A DNA stretch of 58,778 nt, the filler included. It is 3 parts of 3 records of this genome, joined end to end, with 100 filler letters (N's around TTAATTAATTAA, not from the genome) between each part and the next. Parts side by side here need not be neighbours in the genome. Positions count along the whole stretch, not along the records: positions 1 to 25,100 come from SRR2962707_5467; 2 more parts are not named here. One strand, 5' to 3'. The notes beneath the pieces were generated by a model, which made no database searches, was not told the DNA's origin, and worked only from the letters and a program-made list of their open reading frames with translations. The first letter of the stretch is position 1; each line of letters starts with the position of its first letter. The translations under genes and the position numbers were made by a program. This document shows, in pieces, positions 1-10,588 of this stretch.

Positions 1-1191
1 GGAGGTGCGGTAAAGCGTCTGCTTGATCGCCAGCACATCCGGATCGCGCGCGGCCTGAAACAGGAACTGCACCACCGCATCAAACGACTCATACGGGTGA
101 TGAACGACCAGATCCTTCTCACGAATGGCGGCAAAGGTATCGCCAGCATGCTCGCGGATGCGTTCAGGAAACCGGGCATTGTAAGGCTCGAACTTGAGAT
201 CGTCGCGCGGCGCCTTGGTGATCTCCGAGAGCGTGTTGAGCGCCAGCAGGCCGGGCAACACGGCAACACGGTTTTCCGGAACGTTGGTTTCGTGAACCAC
301 GAACTCGCGCAGGCTTTGCGGCAGTTCCGAGTCAAACTCGATACGGATCACCGAGCCGCGGCGGCGGCGCTTGAGCGCGCTTTCAAACAGGCGAACCAGA
401 TCCTCGGCCTCTTCCTCGACCTCGATATCGGAATCGCGAATGATGCGGAACGTACCCGAGCCGCGAACCTCATAACCGGGGTACAGCGAGCTGATGAACA
501 GACTGACGACGTCCTCGAGCGTAATGTAGCGGATTGCGCCATCAAGATCAGGCAAACGCAGGAAGCGTTCCAGAGCCACAGGCAGGCGGATCAGCGCCGT
601 CATCGGCTCGTTGTCGGCCTTTGAAGCCAGTTGCAGGCAGATGGAAAACCCGAGGTTCGGAATGAACGGAAATGGATGCGCCGGATCAATCGACAACGGG
701 GTGAGCACAGGAAAGATCGATTGCAGGAACTGGTCCTCAAGCCAGGCCATATCGCCGTCAACGAGCACCGAAGGACGGACGATGTAGATGTTCTCGGCCG
801 CCAGGTTCTGTTGCAAGATTGCAAGCGACGCCTGTTGTTCGAGTTGCAACCCGTCGATCTCTCCGAGGATCTGGTCAAGCTGCTCATTTGGCGACAGGCC
901 GTCTGGCGAGCGGTTGGTAATGCCTTCACGCACTTGACCTTCCAGGCCTGCGACGCGGACCATGAAAAACTCGTCGAGGTTGGCTGCAGAAATTGACAGG
1001 AATCTGACCCGTTCAAGCAGCGGATGGGCACCGTTGAGGGTTTCTTCGAGGACGCGGCGGTTGAACTGCAGCCAGGAAAACTCCCTGTTGATGAAGCGCT
1101 TAGGACTGGTCAGCAGCTCATCTGGCGTGATGTCCGATGTGATCGGATCGATCCGCAGTTCACTTCCACTTGCACCCTCGAGATTGTCCAT
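1..1191 (-). CDS. ppk1: Polyphosphate kinase 1, 5' part (runs off window start)
   Basis: Absent from the ORF track; translated by hand on the minus strand from ATG 1191 (GGAG RBS): MDNLEG...[19 protein letters not shown]...[34 protein letters not shown]. These are hallmark PPK1 motifs. Confidence 0.95.
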   Translation of the reverse strand, partial: MDNLEGASGSELRIDPITSDITPDELLTSPKRFINREFSWLQFNRRVLEETLNGAHPLLERVRFLSISAANLDEFFMVRVAGLEGQVREGITNRSPDGLSPNEQLDQILGEIDGLQLEQQASLAILQQNLAAENIYIVRPSVLVDGDMAWLEDQFLQSIFPVLTPLSIDPAHPFPFIPNLGFSICLQLASKADNEPMTALIRLPVALERFLRLPDLDGAIRYITLEDVVSLFISSLYPGYEVRGSGTFRIIRDSDIEVEEEAEDLVRLFESALKRRRRGSVIRIEFDSELPQSLREFVVHETNVPENRVAVLPGLLALNTLSEITKAPRDDLKFEPYNARFPERIREHAGDTFAAIREKDLVVHHPYESFDAVVQFLFQAARDPDVLAIKQTLYRTS

Positions 1192-1248
1192 TCTGCACTC
1201 CAACGCCCTGTTCCGGAATTGACCGTCTATAGCACAAGAACGAAGGAA

Positions 1249-1956
1249 CTATGACACTTCAATGTCGCTCGCGCCGGCGTCCATTTCAGCCAGCACTTCG
1301 GCTGCAAGGGCACGGGTGATCTTTGTTCCGCGCGCCAGAGCCAACTGATCCAGACGGGACACAACAATGCGGGCTGCGGCAAGCGAACGCTCCATGCGCG
1401 CAACCAGCCAGGCAATGATCTTGTCATCGACCACAAGCTGACGGTCGGAAAACAGCTTGACCATCACCTTGGCCAGCAACTCCTCATCCGGCTCGGCGAT
1501 CTCGACAACCGTCGCGGCCTTCAGGCGGGAAGCAAGGTCGGGCAAACGGACATTCCAACCGGCAGGCCAGAGCCTGGAAGTGATCAGCAAGGCGCTGCCA
1601 TGCTCACGCACAGCATTTATCAGGTGAAACAGGGCTGTTTCATCAAACCCGGTATGGTCGATATCCTCAATGAGCACCGGACCTTGCGCTGCATGCTCAA
1701 GCACCATCGGATCAGGCTTGTCGATGCTTACTCTGGTTGCGCCAACCCGCTCGGCCCAGATGCTGGCCAGATGCGATTTTCCTGATCCCGTCGGCCCGGC
1801 CAGGACCACCACTGGAGAGGGCCAATCGGGCCAGCGGTCGACAATCGCCACGGCTGCGTTCAAACGATCCGATACAATCAGATCGTCCCGACCGGACGCG
1901 GGATCATGATCAAATTCCAGAGGCAATTGCCGGGTGACGGGCGGCTTGTTCATCAT
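1249..1956 (-). CDS. hdaA: DnaA regulatory inactivator HdaA (AAA+)
   Basis: N-terminal clamp-binding QLPLEF, Walker A GPTGSGKSHL, LFHLIN and PDLASRL motifs; purM-permease-hdaA-ppk synteny. Confidence 0.92.
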   Translation of the reverse strand: MMNKPPVTRQLPLEFDHDPASGRDDLIVSDRLNAAVAIVDRWPDWPSPVVVLAGPTGSGKSHLASIWAERVGATRVSIDKPDPMVLEHAAQGPVLIEDIDHTGFDETALFHLINAVREHGSALLITSRLWPAGWNVRLPDLASRLKAATVVEIAEPDEELLAKVMVKLFSDRQLVVDDKIIAWLVARMERSLAAARIVVSRLDQLALARGTKITRALAAEVLAEMDAGASDIEVS

Positions 1957-3086
1957 TCACTCGCGACGTCGTCAGGCGAACCGCCGACCTGGAGAACAGA
2001 GCGTTGAGTGCCGTGATAGAGGTCGCTGTCGAGGTAGCGCGAGATGGCAAAACGCACCAGAACGCCAACCGAAGCAGCCGCCGGTACAGCAATCAGCATG
2101 CCGACAAAACCGAACAGCGCGCCAAAGGCAAACAGCGCAAACATCAGCCAGACCGGATGCAAGCCGACGGACTTGCCGACCAGCCGTGGCTGCAGGATAT
2201 TGCCTTCGAAGAACTGTCCCACAGCGAAGACCGCGATCACCGCCCCGATCATCATGAAATCCGGCCAGAACTGGACAATGGCAACAATCAGAGCCAGCAC
2301 AAGGCCAACCATGGACCCGACATAGGGAATGAAACTGATCAAGCCGGCAAAAAGACCGATCAGGAGACCGAAGTTCAACCCGACGATAGAGAGCCCAACG
2401 GCGTAGATCAGGCCAAGGATGATGCAGACGCTGCCCTGGCCGCGTACGAAGCCGGCAATCGTCGCGTCGATCTGCTTGGCGAGATAGCGCACCGTGCCGA
2501 CATGATCACGCGGCACCCACTTGTCGACCTTGGCAACCATGTTGTCCCAGTCGAGAAGCAGATAAAAGGCAACCACCGGGGTCACCACGAACAATGCCGC
2601 GATATCAAGCAGCGCCATTCCGGAATTCCAGATCTGCTGGAAGATGGTACCGACGAGACCTGCGCCTTCTTTAAGAAGAGCGGCGAAACTGTCCTTGATC
2701 TGGCCAAGCTGATCGCTGACCCAGCTGGGCAACAAGCTCGATTCAGACATCAGCAGCGATTGCAGCTGGGTGATGTAGCCGGGGATCCGGCCGCCGAGAT
2801 CAGCCGCCTGGGTGACCAGAATCGGGATCACCACAACCAGCGAGATCGCAAACAGCGCGATGAAGGTGATCAGAATGGCAAGGGTTGCCATCAACCTGGA
2901 AAATCCGCGGCGTTCGAACCAGTCGGCCACCGGATCGAGAAAATAGGCCAACGCCATGCCTGCGATGAAAGGCAGCAGGATGGAACGGAACACCATCAAG
3001 AAGGCGATGACCACCGCCAGCGCCAGCAGCCAGAAGAAGATTTGGCGGCGAAGCGCCGCGCGGTCAACGTGAGTGGTCATGGTCAC
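1953..3086 (-). CDS. AI-2E family (PerM-like) transporter
   Basis: Multi-TM protein with LAYFLDP, FIPYVG and EGNILQPRLVGKSVGLHPVW motifs. Confidence 0.9.
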   Translation of the reverse strand: MTMTTHVDRAALRRQIFFWLLALAVVIAFLMVFRSILLPFIAGMALAYFLDPVADWFERRGFSRLMATLAILITFIALFAISLVVVIPILVTQAADLGGRIPGYITQLQSLLMSESSLLPSWVSDQLGQIKDSFAALLKEGAGLVGTIFQQIWNSGMALLDIAALFVVTPVVAFYLLLDWDNMVAKVDKWVPRDHVGTVRYLAKQIDATIAGFVRGQGSVCIILGLIYAVGLSIVGLNFGLLIGLFAGLISFIPYVGSMVGLVLALIVAIVQFWPDFMMIGAVIAVFAVGQFFEGNILQPRLVGKSVGLHPVWLMFALFAFGALFGFVGMLIAVPAAASVGVLVRFAISRYLDSDLYHGTQRSVLQVGGSPDDVASE

Positions 3087-3129
3087 CTCGTTTTCAAGCC
3101 CGCGTCAGCCGGCCACAGTCTGCCATATA

Positions 3130-3675
3130 TCATTTGTCTTCTTCGACACCTGCCATGTGCCTGAGCCAGGTGACGAGATAGGCGCTGGCCGAAGCGATGG
3201 TCAAGACTGCCACCGCATAGATCATCCATCCGACAATGCCGTCAAGCCGGGCCAGTCCGGCCAGATCGGCAAGGACGATCACCAGTAGAATAATCTGCAC
3301 CATCGTGTTGGCCTTGGAGACCAACAGTGGCCGCATTTCAACCGGGTTGTCGAGCAGACTGGACAGCACCACTGCCCCGACAATCATCGCATCACGCGAC
3401 ACCGCAAGGACCACCAGCCAGTTGGGCAACAAGCCAAGCCAGCCAAGCATGACAAACACACTGACCAGGAGAAACTTGTCGGCAACCGGATCGAGCCAGG
3501 CGCCGAGTTCTGATTTCTGATTGAATTGACGCGCAATGAAGCCGTCGAGCCCATCGGACACTCCGGCCAGCACGAACAGCACAAACGCCACCAGCATCTC
3601 GCCATTGATCATCGCCATGATGATCAATGGAACCATTATAAACCGGGCAATCGTGATAAAATTGGGCAACGTCAT
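3130..3675 (-). CDS. CDP-alcohol phosphatidyltransferase family protein
   Basis: MTLPNFITIAR...DGLDGFIAR...GAWLDPVADK signature; start moved to ATG 3675. Confidence 0.9.
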   Translation of the reverse strand: MTLPNFITIARFIMVPLIIMAMINGEMLVAFVLFVLAGVSDGLDGFIARQFNQKSELGAWLDPVADKFLLVSVFVMLGWLGLLPNWLVVLAVSRDAMIVGAVVLSSLLDNPVEMRPLLVSKANTMVQIILLVIVLADLAGLARLDGIVGWMIYAVAVLTIASASAYLVTWLRHMAGVEEDK

Positions 3676-3878
3676 GAGCAGCGAACGATCCTGAGTGGTT
3701 CTGATATGGCGATTGATCGTCGCTTTTCCAATCCATTTCACGCTCCATAGCACATTTAGTCACGGTTTTCCCGGCGTTTATGGCCCCGTAGAGCAAGCGG
3801 CGTCTTGCGAAATTGGCTGCAAAATGTCATCCCCCGGGCATACGAAACTCCTTTGAAACCCAAGGAGGGGAAGCCCAG

Positions 3879-4949
3879 ATGGCTGATCCGAAAAATGGCC
3901 TCACCTATGCTCAGGCCGGCGTCGATATCGATGCCGGCAACGAGATGGTCAACCGCATCAAGCCGCTGGTGCGCTCCACACGCCGCCCGGGAGCGGATGG
4001 CGAGATCGGCGGCTTCGGCGGCCTGTTCGATCTGAAGGCTGCAGGCTTTACCGACCCTGTGCTGGTGGCTGCCAATGATGGTGTCGGCACCAAGCTGAAA
4101 GTGGCGATCGAAGCCGGGATTCACGACACGGTCGGCATTGATCTGGTCGCGATGTGCGTCAACGACCTGGTTGTCCAGGGTGCTGAACCGCTGTTCTTTC
4201 TCGACTACTTCGCAACCGGAAAGCTTGATCCCGAACAGGGTGCGGCGATCGTTGCCGGCATTGCGCAAGGCTGCCTGCAAGCCGGATGCGCGCTGATCGG
4301 CGGAGAAACCGCTGAAATGCCGGGCATGTACCGCGACGGCGATTACGATCTGGCAGGCTTTGCGGTGGGGGCTGCCGAACGCGGGCAACTGCTACCGGCC
4401 GGCACGCTTGCCGAAGGCGATGTTCTTCTGGGCCTCGCCTCCTCCGGCGTTCACTCCAACGGCTATTCGCTGGTTCGCCGGATTGTCGAGCTGAGCGGGC
4501 TTGATTATTCAGCGCCGGCGCCGTTCGACACTTCGACCAGCCTTGGCGCGGCTCTCCTGGAGCCAACCCGGATCTACGTCAAATCGCTGCTTGCCGCGAT
4601 CCGCGAAACCGGTGCGATCCGTGCGCTGGCCCACATCACCGGCGGAGGTTTCCCTGAGAACCTGCCACGTGTGCTGCCCGAAGGGCTTGCCGCGGAGATT
4701 GATCTGGGCACCATCAAGCCGCCGGCAGTGTTTTCATGGCTGTCGCGGACCGGCGGCGTTGCGGCAGAGGAAATGCTGCGCACCTTCAATTGCGGTGTCG
4801 GCATGATCGCGGTTGCCGCGCAAGCCGACGTGGACCGCGTTCAGAACGCGCTTGAAGCGCAAGGTGAAAGCGTCATCAGGCTTGGAAAGCTGACAAAGCG
4901 CGCGGATAGCGGACCGGGCGTGATCTACAAGGGAAGCCTCGCGCTGTGA
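3879..4949 (+). CDS. purM: Phosphoribosylformylglycinamidine cyclo-ligase
   Basis: [35 protein letters not shown] and HITGGG motifs; start at ATG 3879 after an AGGAGG RBS. Confidence 0.97.
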   Translation: MADPKNGLTYAQAGVDIDAGNEMVNRIKPLVRSTRRPGADGEIGGFGGLFDLKAAGFTDPVLVAANDGVGTKLKVAIEAGIHDTVGIDLVAMCVNDLVVQGAEPLFFLDYFATGKLDPEQGAAIVAGIAQGCLQAGCALIGGETAEMPGMYRDGDYDLAGFAVGAAERGQLLPAGTLAEGDVLLGLASSGVHSNGYSLVRRIVELSGLDYSAPAPFDTSTSLGAALLEPTRIYVKSLLAAIRETGAIRALAHITGGGFPENLPRVLPEGLAAEIDLGTIKPPAVFSWLSRTGGVAAEEMLRTFNCGVGMIAVAAQADVDRVQNALEAQGESVIRLGKLTKRADSGPGVIYKGSLAL

Positions 4950-5569
4950 CCGACAAGCCGAAAGTTCCGGTTGCGGTGCTGATCTCCGGACGGGGCTCGA
5001 ACATGGGCGCGTTGATCGCCGCATCGCTGCACGGGGATTTTCCGGCAAAAATCGTTTCGGTGATTTCCGACAAACCGGACGCCAAGGGCCTTGAGCATGC
5101 CCGCGGGTTTGGCATCGAGGCGCTGGCAATCCCGCGCGGCGACTATGCGAGCAAGGCCGAGCATGAAGCCGCGGTGATGGCAGCACTCGACGCCTCGGGA
5201 GCGCGGATCATTGCGCTGGCCGGTTATATGCGGTTGCTGTCGGGCGACTTCGTTCGCCGCTATGCCGGTCGCATGATCAACATCCATCCGTCGCTGCTTC
5301 CGGCTTTTCCCGGTCTGGCGACGCATGAGCGTGCGCTTGCGGCGGGATGCCGGGTGCATGGCTGCACCGTTCACTTCGTGACGGAAGGCATGGACGAAGG
5401 TCCGATCATCGAGCAACATGCCGTTCGCGTTGAACGCGATGATACACCCGACACGCTTGCCGCCCGCGTGCTTGAAGCCGAGCACAGGATCTACCCCGTA
5501 GCGCTTGCGATGCTGGCACGTGGCGAAATTCGCATGAGTGGCGACGGCAGGACGCAGTTCAGCGGCTGA
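4946..5569 (+). CDS. purN: Phosphoribosylglycinamide formyltransferase
   Basis: [22 protein letters not shown] and GCTVHFV motifs; GTGA overlap with purM. Confidence 0.97.
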   Translation: MTDKPKVPVAVLISGRGSNMGALIAASLHGDFPAKIVSVISDKPDAKGLEHARGFGIEALAIPRGDYASKAEHEAAVMAALDASGARIIALAGYMRLLSGDFVRRYAGRMINIHPSLLPAFPGLATHERALAAGCRVHGCTVHFVTEGMDEGPIIEQHAVRVERDDTPDTLAARVLEAEHRIYPVALAMLARGEIRMSGDGRTQFSG

Positions 5570-5721
5570 AACGAAGGCGTTTTTTGCGCTCCAATTATCA
5601 CCGGCATTTGCGTCGAACCTGATTCAGCCTTTACCTGAGTGGGGTAGCCTGCTTTGGTTGCTGCTGAAGACAGGGACACCATCGAAAGCTGCAAGTTCTC
5701 CCTGTCCAGATAGGAAACGCC

Positions 5722-6993
5722 ATGCCTTCGCTTTACGGACTGCTCGACAAAGCCATCAAGACAGGCCGCCTGACCATGACGGGCGCCAACGGTGTCGTGC
5801 ACAATTTTGGCGGCAAGGAACCTGGTCCGGAAGCTGCGATCCGTTTCACCAACAAAGCGGCCGAGTGGAAGATCTTTCTCAACCCGGAACTGAATGCCGC
5901 GGAAGCCTATATGGATGGCGGGCTGGTGATGGACAGCGGCAGCATCCATGATCTGATCAAGGTGTTTTACGCCAACAAGCGGCACTTCGATCTCTCGCCC
6001 AGCCAGATTTTCTGGCGTGGGCTGTCGCGCAAGATCCGCCGGTTTCAGCAGAACAATGTGCTCTCGCGGTCCCGCGCCAACGTCAAGGCGCACTACGACA
6101 TTGGCGAGGACCTCTACAAGCTGTTTCTCGACCGTGACATGCAATATTCCTGCGCCTATTTTCCCGAGGGCACGGAAACGATTGAACAGGCGCAAACGGC
6201 AAAGAAGCGTCATATCGCGGCCAAGCTAAATCTCAAGGATGGGCAGAAGGTTCTCGACATCGGCTGCGGCTGGGGCGGGCTGGCTCTCTATCTCGCCCAT
6301 GTCGCCGACGTCGAGGTGTTGGGCGTGACGCTGTCGGAGCGGCAACTCAGCGTTGCCCGCCGCCGGGCGGAAATTCTCGGTGTCAGCGACCGGGTCAAGT
6401 TCGAGCTGATCGACTACCGGGAAGTCCAGGGCAAATTTGACCGGGTTGTTTCGGTCGGCATGCTCGAGCATGTCGGAGTTCAATATCTGGCGCCCTATTT
6501 CCTCACCGTGCGCGACAGGCTGACCGCGGACGGCGTGGCGCTGATCCATTCTATTTCCACCAAGGCGCCTCCCGGGGTGACCGGACCATTCATCCGCAAA
6601 TACATTTTCCCCGGCGGTTATGCGCCGTCGCTGTCGGAAACGATCGAGGCAGTTGAACCGACGGGACTTTGGCTGCTTGATTGCGAAATCTGGCGCTGCC
6701 ACTACGGCTACACCCTGCAGCACTGGCGCAAACGCTTTCTCGACAACCGGGAGGCGGCAGTCAACATCATGGGCGAGCGGTTCTGCCGGATGTGGGAACT
6801 TTATCTCTCGATCGCCGAATGCGTCTTCCTGCAAGGCTCGAGCAACGTCTTCCAGCTGCAGATCGGCCGCGAGCGCGATGGCGTGCCGATCACGCGCGAC
6901 TATATCGGCGAGGAAGAAGCCCGGATCGCCGAACGCGAGACCGAATTCCTCGAACGCGTTGTCGCCAGTGCCGCCCAGGCGCTGGAGGAGTAA
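5722..6993 (+). CDS. cfa: Cyclopropane-fatty-acyl-phospholipid synthase family methyltransferase
   Basis: HYDIG, MQYSCAYF, VLDIGCGWGG, SVGMLEHVG and YIFPGG motifs. Confidence 0.9.
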   Translation: MPSLYGLLDKAIKTGRLTMTGANGVVHNFGGKEPGPEAAIRFTNKAAEWKIFLNPELNAAEAYMDGGLVMDSGSIHDLIKVFYANKRHFDLSPSQIFWRGLSRKIRRFQQNNVLSRSRANVKAHYDIGEDLYKLFLDRDMQYSCAYFPEGTETIEQAQTAKKRHIAAKLNLKDGQKVLDIGCGWGGLALYLAHVADVEVLGVTLSERQLSVARRRAEILGVSDRVKFELIDYREVQGKFDRVVSVGMLEHVGVQYLAPYFLTVRDRLTADGVALIHSISTKAPPGVTGPFIRKYIFPGGYAPSLSETIEAVEPTGLWLLDCEIWRCHYGYTLQHWRKRFLDNREAAVNIMGERFCRMWELYLSIAECVFLQGSSNVFQLQIGRERDGVPITRDYIGEEEARIAERETEFLERVVASAAQALEE

Positions 6994-7025
6994 TCCGGAG
7001 GCATTGCACGCTCCGGACTTCAGGC

Positions 7026-8438
7026 TCATGAGACCGTGAACTGTCCCATCATACCGGCATCCTCGTGCTCGAGGATGTGGCAGTGGAACATGAACGGCTT
7101 GTCGCGGCTTGCCGGCTGGTCGAAGCGCATGATGATCTCGGCCTCGTTGGTGACCAGTACTGTGTCTTTCCAGCCAAGATTTTCAGGCCGCGGCGGCCCC
7201 CCATTCTCGCTGAGCACTCTGAACAAGGCTCCATGCACATGAAAGGGATGGGCTATCATCGTGCTACGGACAACCCAGCGTTCGACCGTGCCGAGAGCAA
7301 CCTCGAGATCAATCCGGTCCATGGCAAAGGGACGCTGGTTGATGGCAAATCCGCCGCCCCCGCCCATCATCATGCCGCCCATTCCCATATCGAGTGACAA
7401 TTGACGCGTGCGGATCTCGGTTCCGGCAAGATCCTCGGGTTCCGGGCCAAAATTTTCCGGGAGGCTGGTTATGCGCACCGGCATCGTGTCGTCGGTGGCA
7501 AACTCGAGCACACCGAAGGGCTGTTCAATGCCGCTCATCAGCACCGGGGTTCCGCTACCAGAGAAGTCGACAAGGATTTCGGCCCGCTCGCCGGGGGCAA
7601 TATTCAGGACAGACAGGGCGACAGGCGCTGGCAGGAACCCGCCATCGGTCGCAATCAGGTGCATCAGCCTTCCATCATCGAAAGACAGCGTATAGCTGCG
7701 CGCATTGGAGCCGTTGAGCAGGCGCAAGCGGCCAATGCCCGCCGGCACTGCCGCGACCGCGCCGGATTGACCGTTGACCAGCATCCGGTTGCCCATGAAG
7801 CCGTGCATCACATCCATCATCGAGGGGTCGTAAACCATCCGCCCGGACTGATCGAACCGGCGATCCTGAAGCACGATAGTCAGGTCATCCACACCATAAT
7901 CGACGGGCAATCCCCGCTCCGCGTCACGGCCGTCCGTCACATGGATCACGCCTGCCAGGCCGCTATAGACCTGCTCGGCGGTTCGTCCGTGGATATGGGA
8001 ATGGTACCATGCCGTTGCAGGCTGCTGGGCAATGGTCATGTCGGGCGTCCAGCTTTCGCCCTGCTTGATCGGAAGATGCGGCCCGCCATCATGCTCGCCC
8101 GGCACAAGCAAGCCATGCCAGTGCACGCTGACCGCTTCATCGAGGGTGTTTTTCACCTCGGCGGCAAGCGACCCGTTCTGCATGATGATCGTCGGACCCA
8201 GATAGTTCTGATTGAAACCGGCGGTGAGGTTTTCCGGGCCACCCGGCAGGCTCAGACTTCCAGCCCTTGCCGACAAAGAAAGCCGCCCGCTCTGCCTCGT
8301 GTCGAGCAGCGGCGGCATTTCAAGCCGGGTGGATGAGCCTGCGCTGCCAGCCGCGCTGGCCGGTCTGCCTGTCAAAAAGCCACCGGACACACCGGCAAGG
8401 GCCGCCGCAGCGGATGTCAGAAATTGGCGCCGTCTCAT
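7026..8438 (-). CDS. Tat-exported multicopper oxidase (CueO-like)
   Basis: Tat signal MRRRQFL (start 8438); four Cu-binding motifs HWHG, WYHSH, HPFHVH and HCHILEHEDAGMMG; Met/Gly-rich insert. Confidence 0.92.
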   Translation of the reverse strand: MRRRQFLTSAAAALAGVSGGFLTGRPASAAGSAGSSTRLEMPPLLDTRQSGRLSLSARAGSLSLPGGPENLTAGFNQNYLGPTIIMQNGSLAAEVKNTLDEAVSVHWHGLLVPGEHDGGPHLPIKQGESWTPDMTIAQQPATAWYHSHIHGRTAEQVYSGLAGVIHVTDGRDAERGLPVDYGVDDLTIVLQDRRFDQSGRMVYDPSMMDVMHGFMGNRMLVNGQSGAVAAVPAGIGRLRLLNGSNARSYTLSFDDGRLMHLIATDGGFLPAPVALSVLNIAPGERAEILVDFSGSGTPVLMSGIEQPFGVLEFATDDTMPVRITSLPENFGPEPEDLAGTEIRTRQLSLDMGMGGMMMGGGGGFAINQRPFAMDRIDLEVALGTVERWVVRSTMIAHPFHVHGALFRVLSENGGPPRPENLGWKDTVLVTNEAEIIMRFDQPASRDKPFMFHCHILEHEDAGMMGQFTVS

Positions 8439-8607
8439 GCAGGGACCTTCTTTCGTCAATCTGGAGATATGATCGCGCACGAGTTTTTCTTCCGGGCATT
8501 CCAACATGCGCCTGATCAAATGGTGGGGCGGGCAATTGTCAGCGGCGGATGCCATCTCCACCTTCTGTCATCATCGAGCAGCCCGCCCGCACCGCGTTCA
8601 ATCGGGT

Positions 8608-8985
8608 TCAGTCGACAAGCCTGGACTTGCGCTCGTCAAACTCCGCAGAATCGATCTCGCCCTTTGCGTAGCGCTCCTTGAGCAACGCCAAGGCGCGTCC
8701 CTCGGCCTGAGCATTGCCGGGCATGGAGCCAAATCCACCGAAGTGACGCATGAGATAGATCACGCCAATGACAATCCCGACAAGTACGAGAATCATGAAA
8801 ATAGGACCGAGCACCATGCCAAAACCTCCCCACTGATCGCCGCCCCACATCATTCCGGGTCCATGATAATAGGGCATGGTTCTGCGGGGAATTTCACCCA
8901 CCTGCGCTAGCGCCGATCCGGTTGCAGCCAAGCTGATGGCTGCAAAACCGGCAATGCGTGTAATTGTAAATCTGTCCATCGTCAT
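8608..8985 (-). CDS. Membrane protein with C-terminal SHOCT domain
   Basis: Signal-like N-terminus, GPGMMWGG segment, one TM helix, C-terminal ALALLKERYAKGEIDSAEFDERKSRL. Start 8985 or 8979. Confidence 0.85.
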   Translation of the reverse strand: MTMDRFTITRIAGFAAISLAATGSALAQVGEIPRRTMPYYHGPGMMWGGDQWGGFGMVLGPIFMILVLVGIVIGVIYLMRHFGGFGSMPGNAQAEGRALALLKERYAKGEIDSAEFDERKSRLVD

Positions 8986-9169
8986 CTCCCTTCCCAGCAA
9001 GGCAAGCGTGCCCTGATGGAAGAGCGACGGTACTCCCGGTTTGGCGGCAAAGGTATTGATCCATGTCATTCTCACGGATTTGTGACCAGAGCGCCGGCGG
9101 GAGCCATCCTGGTCAGCGAAATTTCCATGCCGTCACTCGGAATCCGGGTTGGATCCATCGTCCATCGGT

Positions 9170-9412
9170 CTAACTTGCGTCAGCCAAGGAGGCCTTCAAG
9201 CGGTCTTCGAGAAGGTGTAGAGCGTCATCCGGACAGGCGCAAAACGCGTCCTGCGTCATATCCGAGGTCTCGCCTTCACAATAGGCCGCGATAGCCGCTG
9301 CCGGTGCCAATTCGCCTGACAGGACACGCGCTTCCAGACTTTCGACATCGAGTTCCGCCGCAACCACCACGCTGGCGGTGCACAGACCAAATGCCGCCAG
9401 GATCATTCTCAT
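9170..9412 (-). CDS. Small hypothetical exported protein (80 aa)
   Basis: Signal-peptide-like N-terminus and ATGA overlap with the upstream ORF; no family recognised. Confidence 0.45.
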   Translation of the reverse strand: MRMILAAFGLCTASVVVAAELDVESLEARVLSGELAPAAAIAAYCEGETSDMTQDAFCACPDDALHLLEDRLKASLADAS

Positions 9413-9834
9413 CGCGGCGTGGCCATTATCGTCTGCATCGCCTTGTTTGCCATGTAAGTCAGACCGCTGCGGCTCGCCTCGTTGGCATAGACCAGACTGG
9501 TGAAGACGTTCCGATTGTAAGGCGTTACCTTGTTTTGCAGATCCACCTCGATGACAAGCCGCACGCCTGGAGGAGCGCCGCCCTGCATGACGTGAAGCAA
9601 TCCCATCTTCGGATGCGGGCAGATTTCGTAGGGCGTTCCATCGGCTGCAACGATATCGAAATGCGTATGACCGCCTTTGACATGGTTTGACGCGTAGCCA
9701 CGGGTTTTCTGCAAATGCGCCGCGCGCTCGAGCACAGCAGCAACCGGAAACTGTTCAGAATTCACCAGCGAACATGGGATCAGCGTCAACAGGACGGCGC
9801 TGCAAGCAAGTTTCCACGTCATTGCAATCACCAT
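9409..9834 (-). CDS. Hypothetical exported protein (about 140 aa)
   Basis: Signal-peptide-like N-terminus, His-containing segments, fills the intergenic gap; no family recognised. Confidence 0.5.
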   Translation of the reverse strand: MVIAMTWKLACSAVLLTLIPCSLVNSEQFPVAAVLERAAHLQKTRGYASNHVKGGHTHFDIVAADGTPYEICPHPKMGLLHVMQGGAPPGVRLVIEVDLQNKVTPYNRNVFTSLVYANEASRSGLTYMANKAMQTIMATPR

Positions 9835-9979
9835 CGCATGAGGAATCTCAACTGCTAATTGCGGATTATGCCATAGAGGCGTCTCAATGCAACCATTCGG
9901 GCAAAGCTTGTATCAGGACACCGGATAAGGCGGATGACACACCACCTGCCCCGAGATTGCCGACAGGAGACACGACAGC

Positions 9980-10011
9980 AAAAAGCCCGGACTGCGAGCA
10001 ATCCGGGCTTT
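9980..10011 (-). terminator. Rho-independent terminator downstream of ohr
   Basis: AAAAAGCCCGGA-loop-TCCGGGCTTT, giving a U-tract on the minus strand. Confidence 0.75.
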
Positions 10012-10045
10012 CAACTTGCACTTATGCCGATGGCATACGAGTTGA

Positions 10046-10468
10046 TCAGGCGAGTTCTGGGGTAATGCTGAGCGTGCCGGAGGTGGCGTGCGAGTAAGGG
10101 CAGACCTTGTGGCCGCCGGCGATAAGGTCTTCTGCAACGGATTTCTCGATGCCCGGCAGATCGACCTTGATCTTGACGTCGAGGCCAAAGCCAGGATCTT
10201 CGCGCGGGCCGATACCGACGGTGACGGTCACGGTCGCATCATCAGGAACCTTCACCTTCTTCTGGCCGGCATAGAACTTCAACGCACCAAGAAAGCAGGC
10301 CGCGTAACCGGTGGCGAACAGCTGCTCCGGGTTCACACCGCCGCCGGGGCCGCCCATTTCTGTCGGAACCGCCAGGTTGACATCCACTGCTCCATCATGG
10401 GTCTTGGAGCGACCGTCGCGGCCGCCCGTTGCGGTGGCCGATGTGCTGTAGACAACTTTCGTAACCAT
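10046..10468 (-). CDS. ohr: Organic hydroperoxide resistance protein
   Basis: ATGGRDG, NPEQLFATGYAACF and HKVCPYSHAT motifs; start ATG 10468. Confidence 0.96.
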   Translation of the reverse strand: MVTKVVYSTSATATGGRDGRSKTHDGAVDVNLAVPTEMGGPGGGVNPEQLFATGYAACFLGALKFYAGQKKVKVPDDATVTVTVGIGPREDPGFGLDVKIKVDLPGIEKSVAEDLIAGGHKVCPYSHATSGTLSITPELA

Positions 10469-10494
10469 GGTCAATTTCCTTTGCTTGCGATTAA

Positions 10495-10506
10495 ATCGTG
10501 CACGAT
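10495..10506. promoter_or_regulatory. Candidate OhrR operator (palindrome ATCGTGCACGAT)
   Basis: Perfect 12-bp palindrome in AT-rich flanks between the divergent ohr and ohrR genes. Confidence 0.6.
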
Positions 10507-10588
10507 ATATATAACATCGATCCGCATCATGCAAGTGATTGCGTCATGCCGAAGCGCGAAACAGATTTGATTGACAGGAGACGATCCA

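Noticed and set aside
97-1254. Several plus-strand ORFs in the track (175, 121, 86 and 76 aa)
   Set aside because: They are antisense shadows of ppk1, which the track missed because it lacks a stop inside the window.
2004-3164. Long antisense ORFs here and at 11152-12192, 12520-13746, 43010-44566 and 57426-58349
   Set aside because: Each mirrors a well-supported gene on the opposite strand, which is expected from high-GC codon bias, and none has a recognisable motif.
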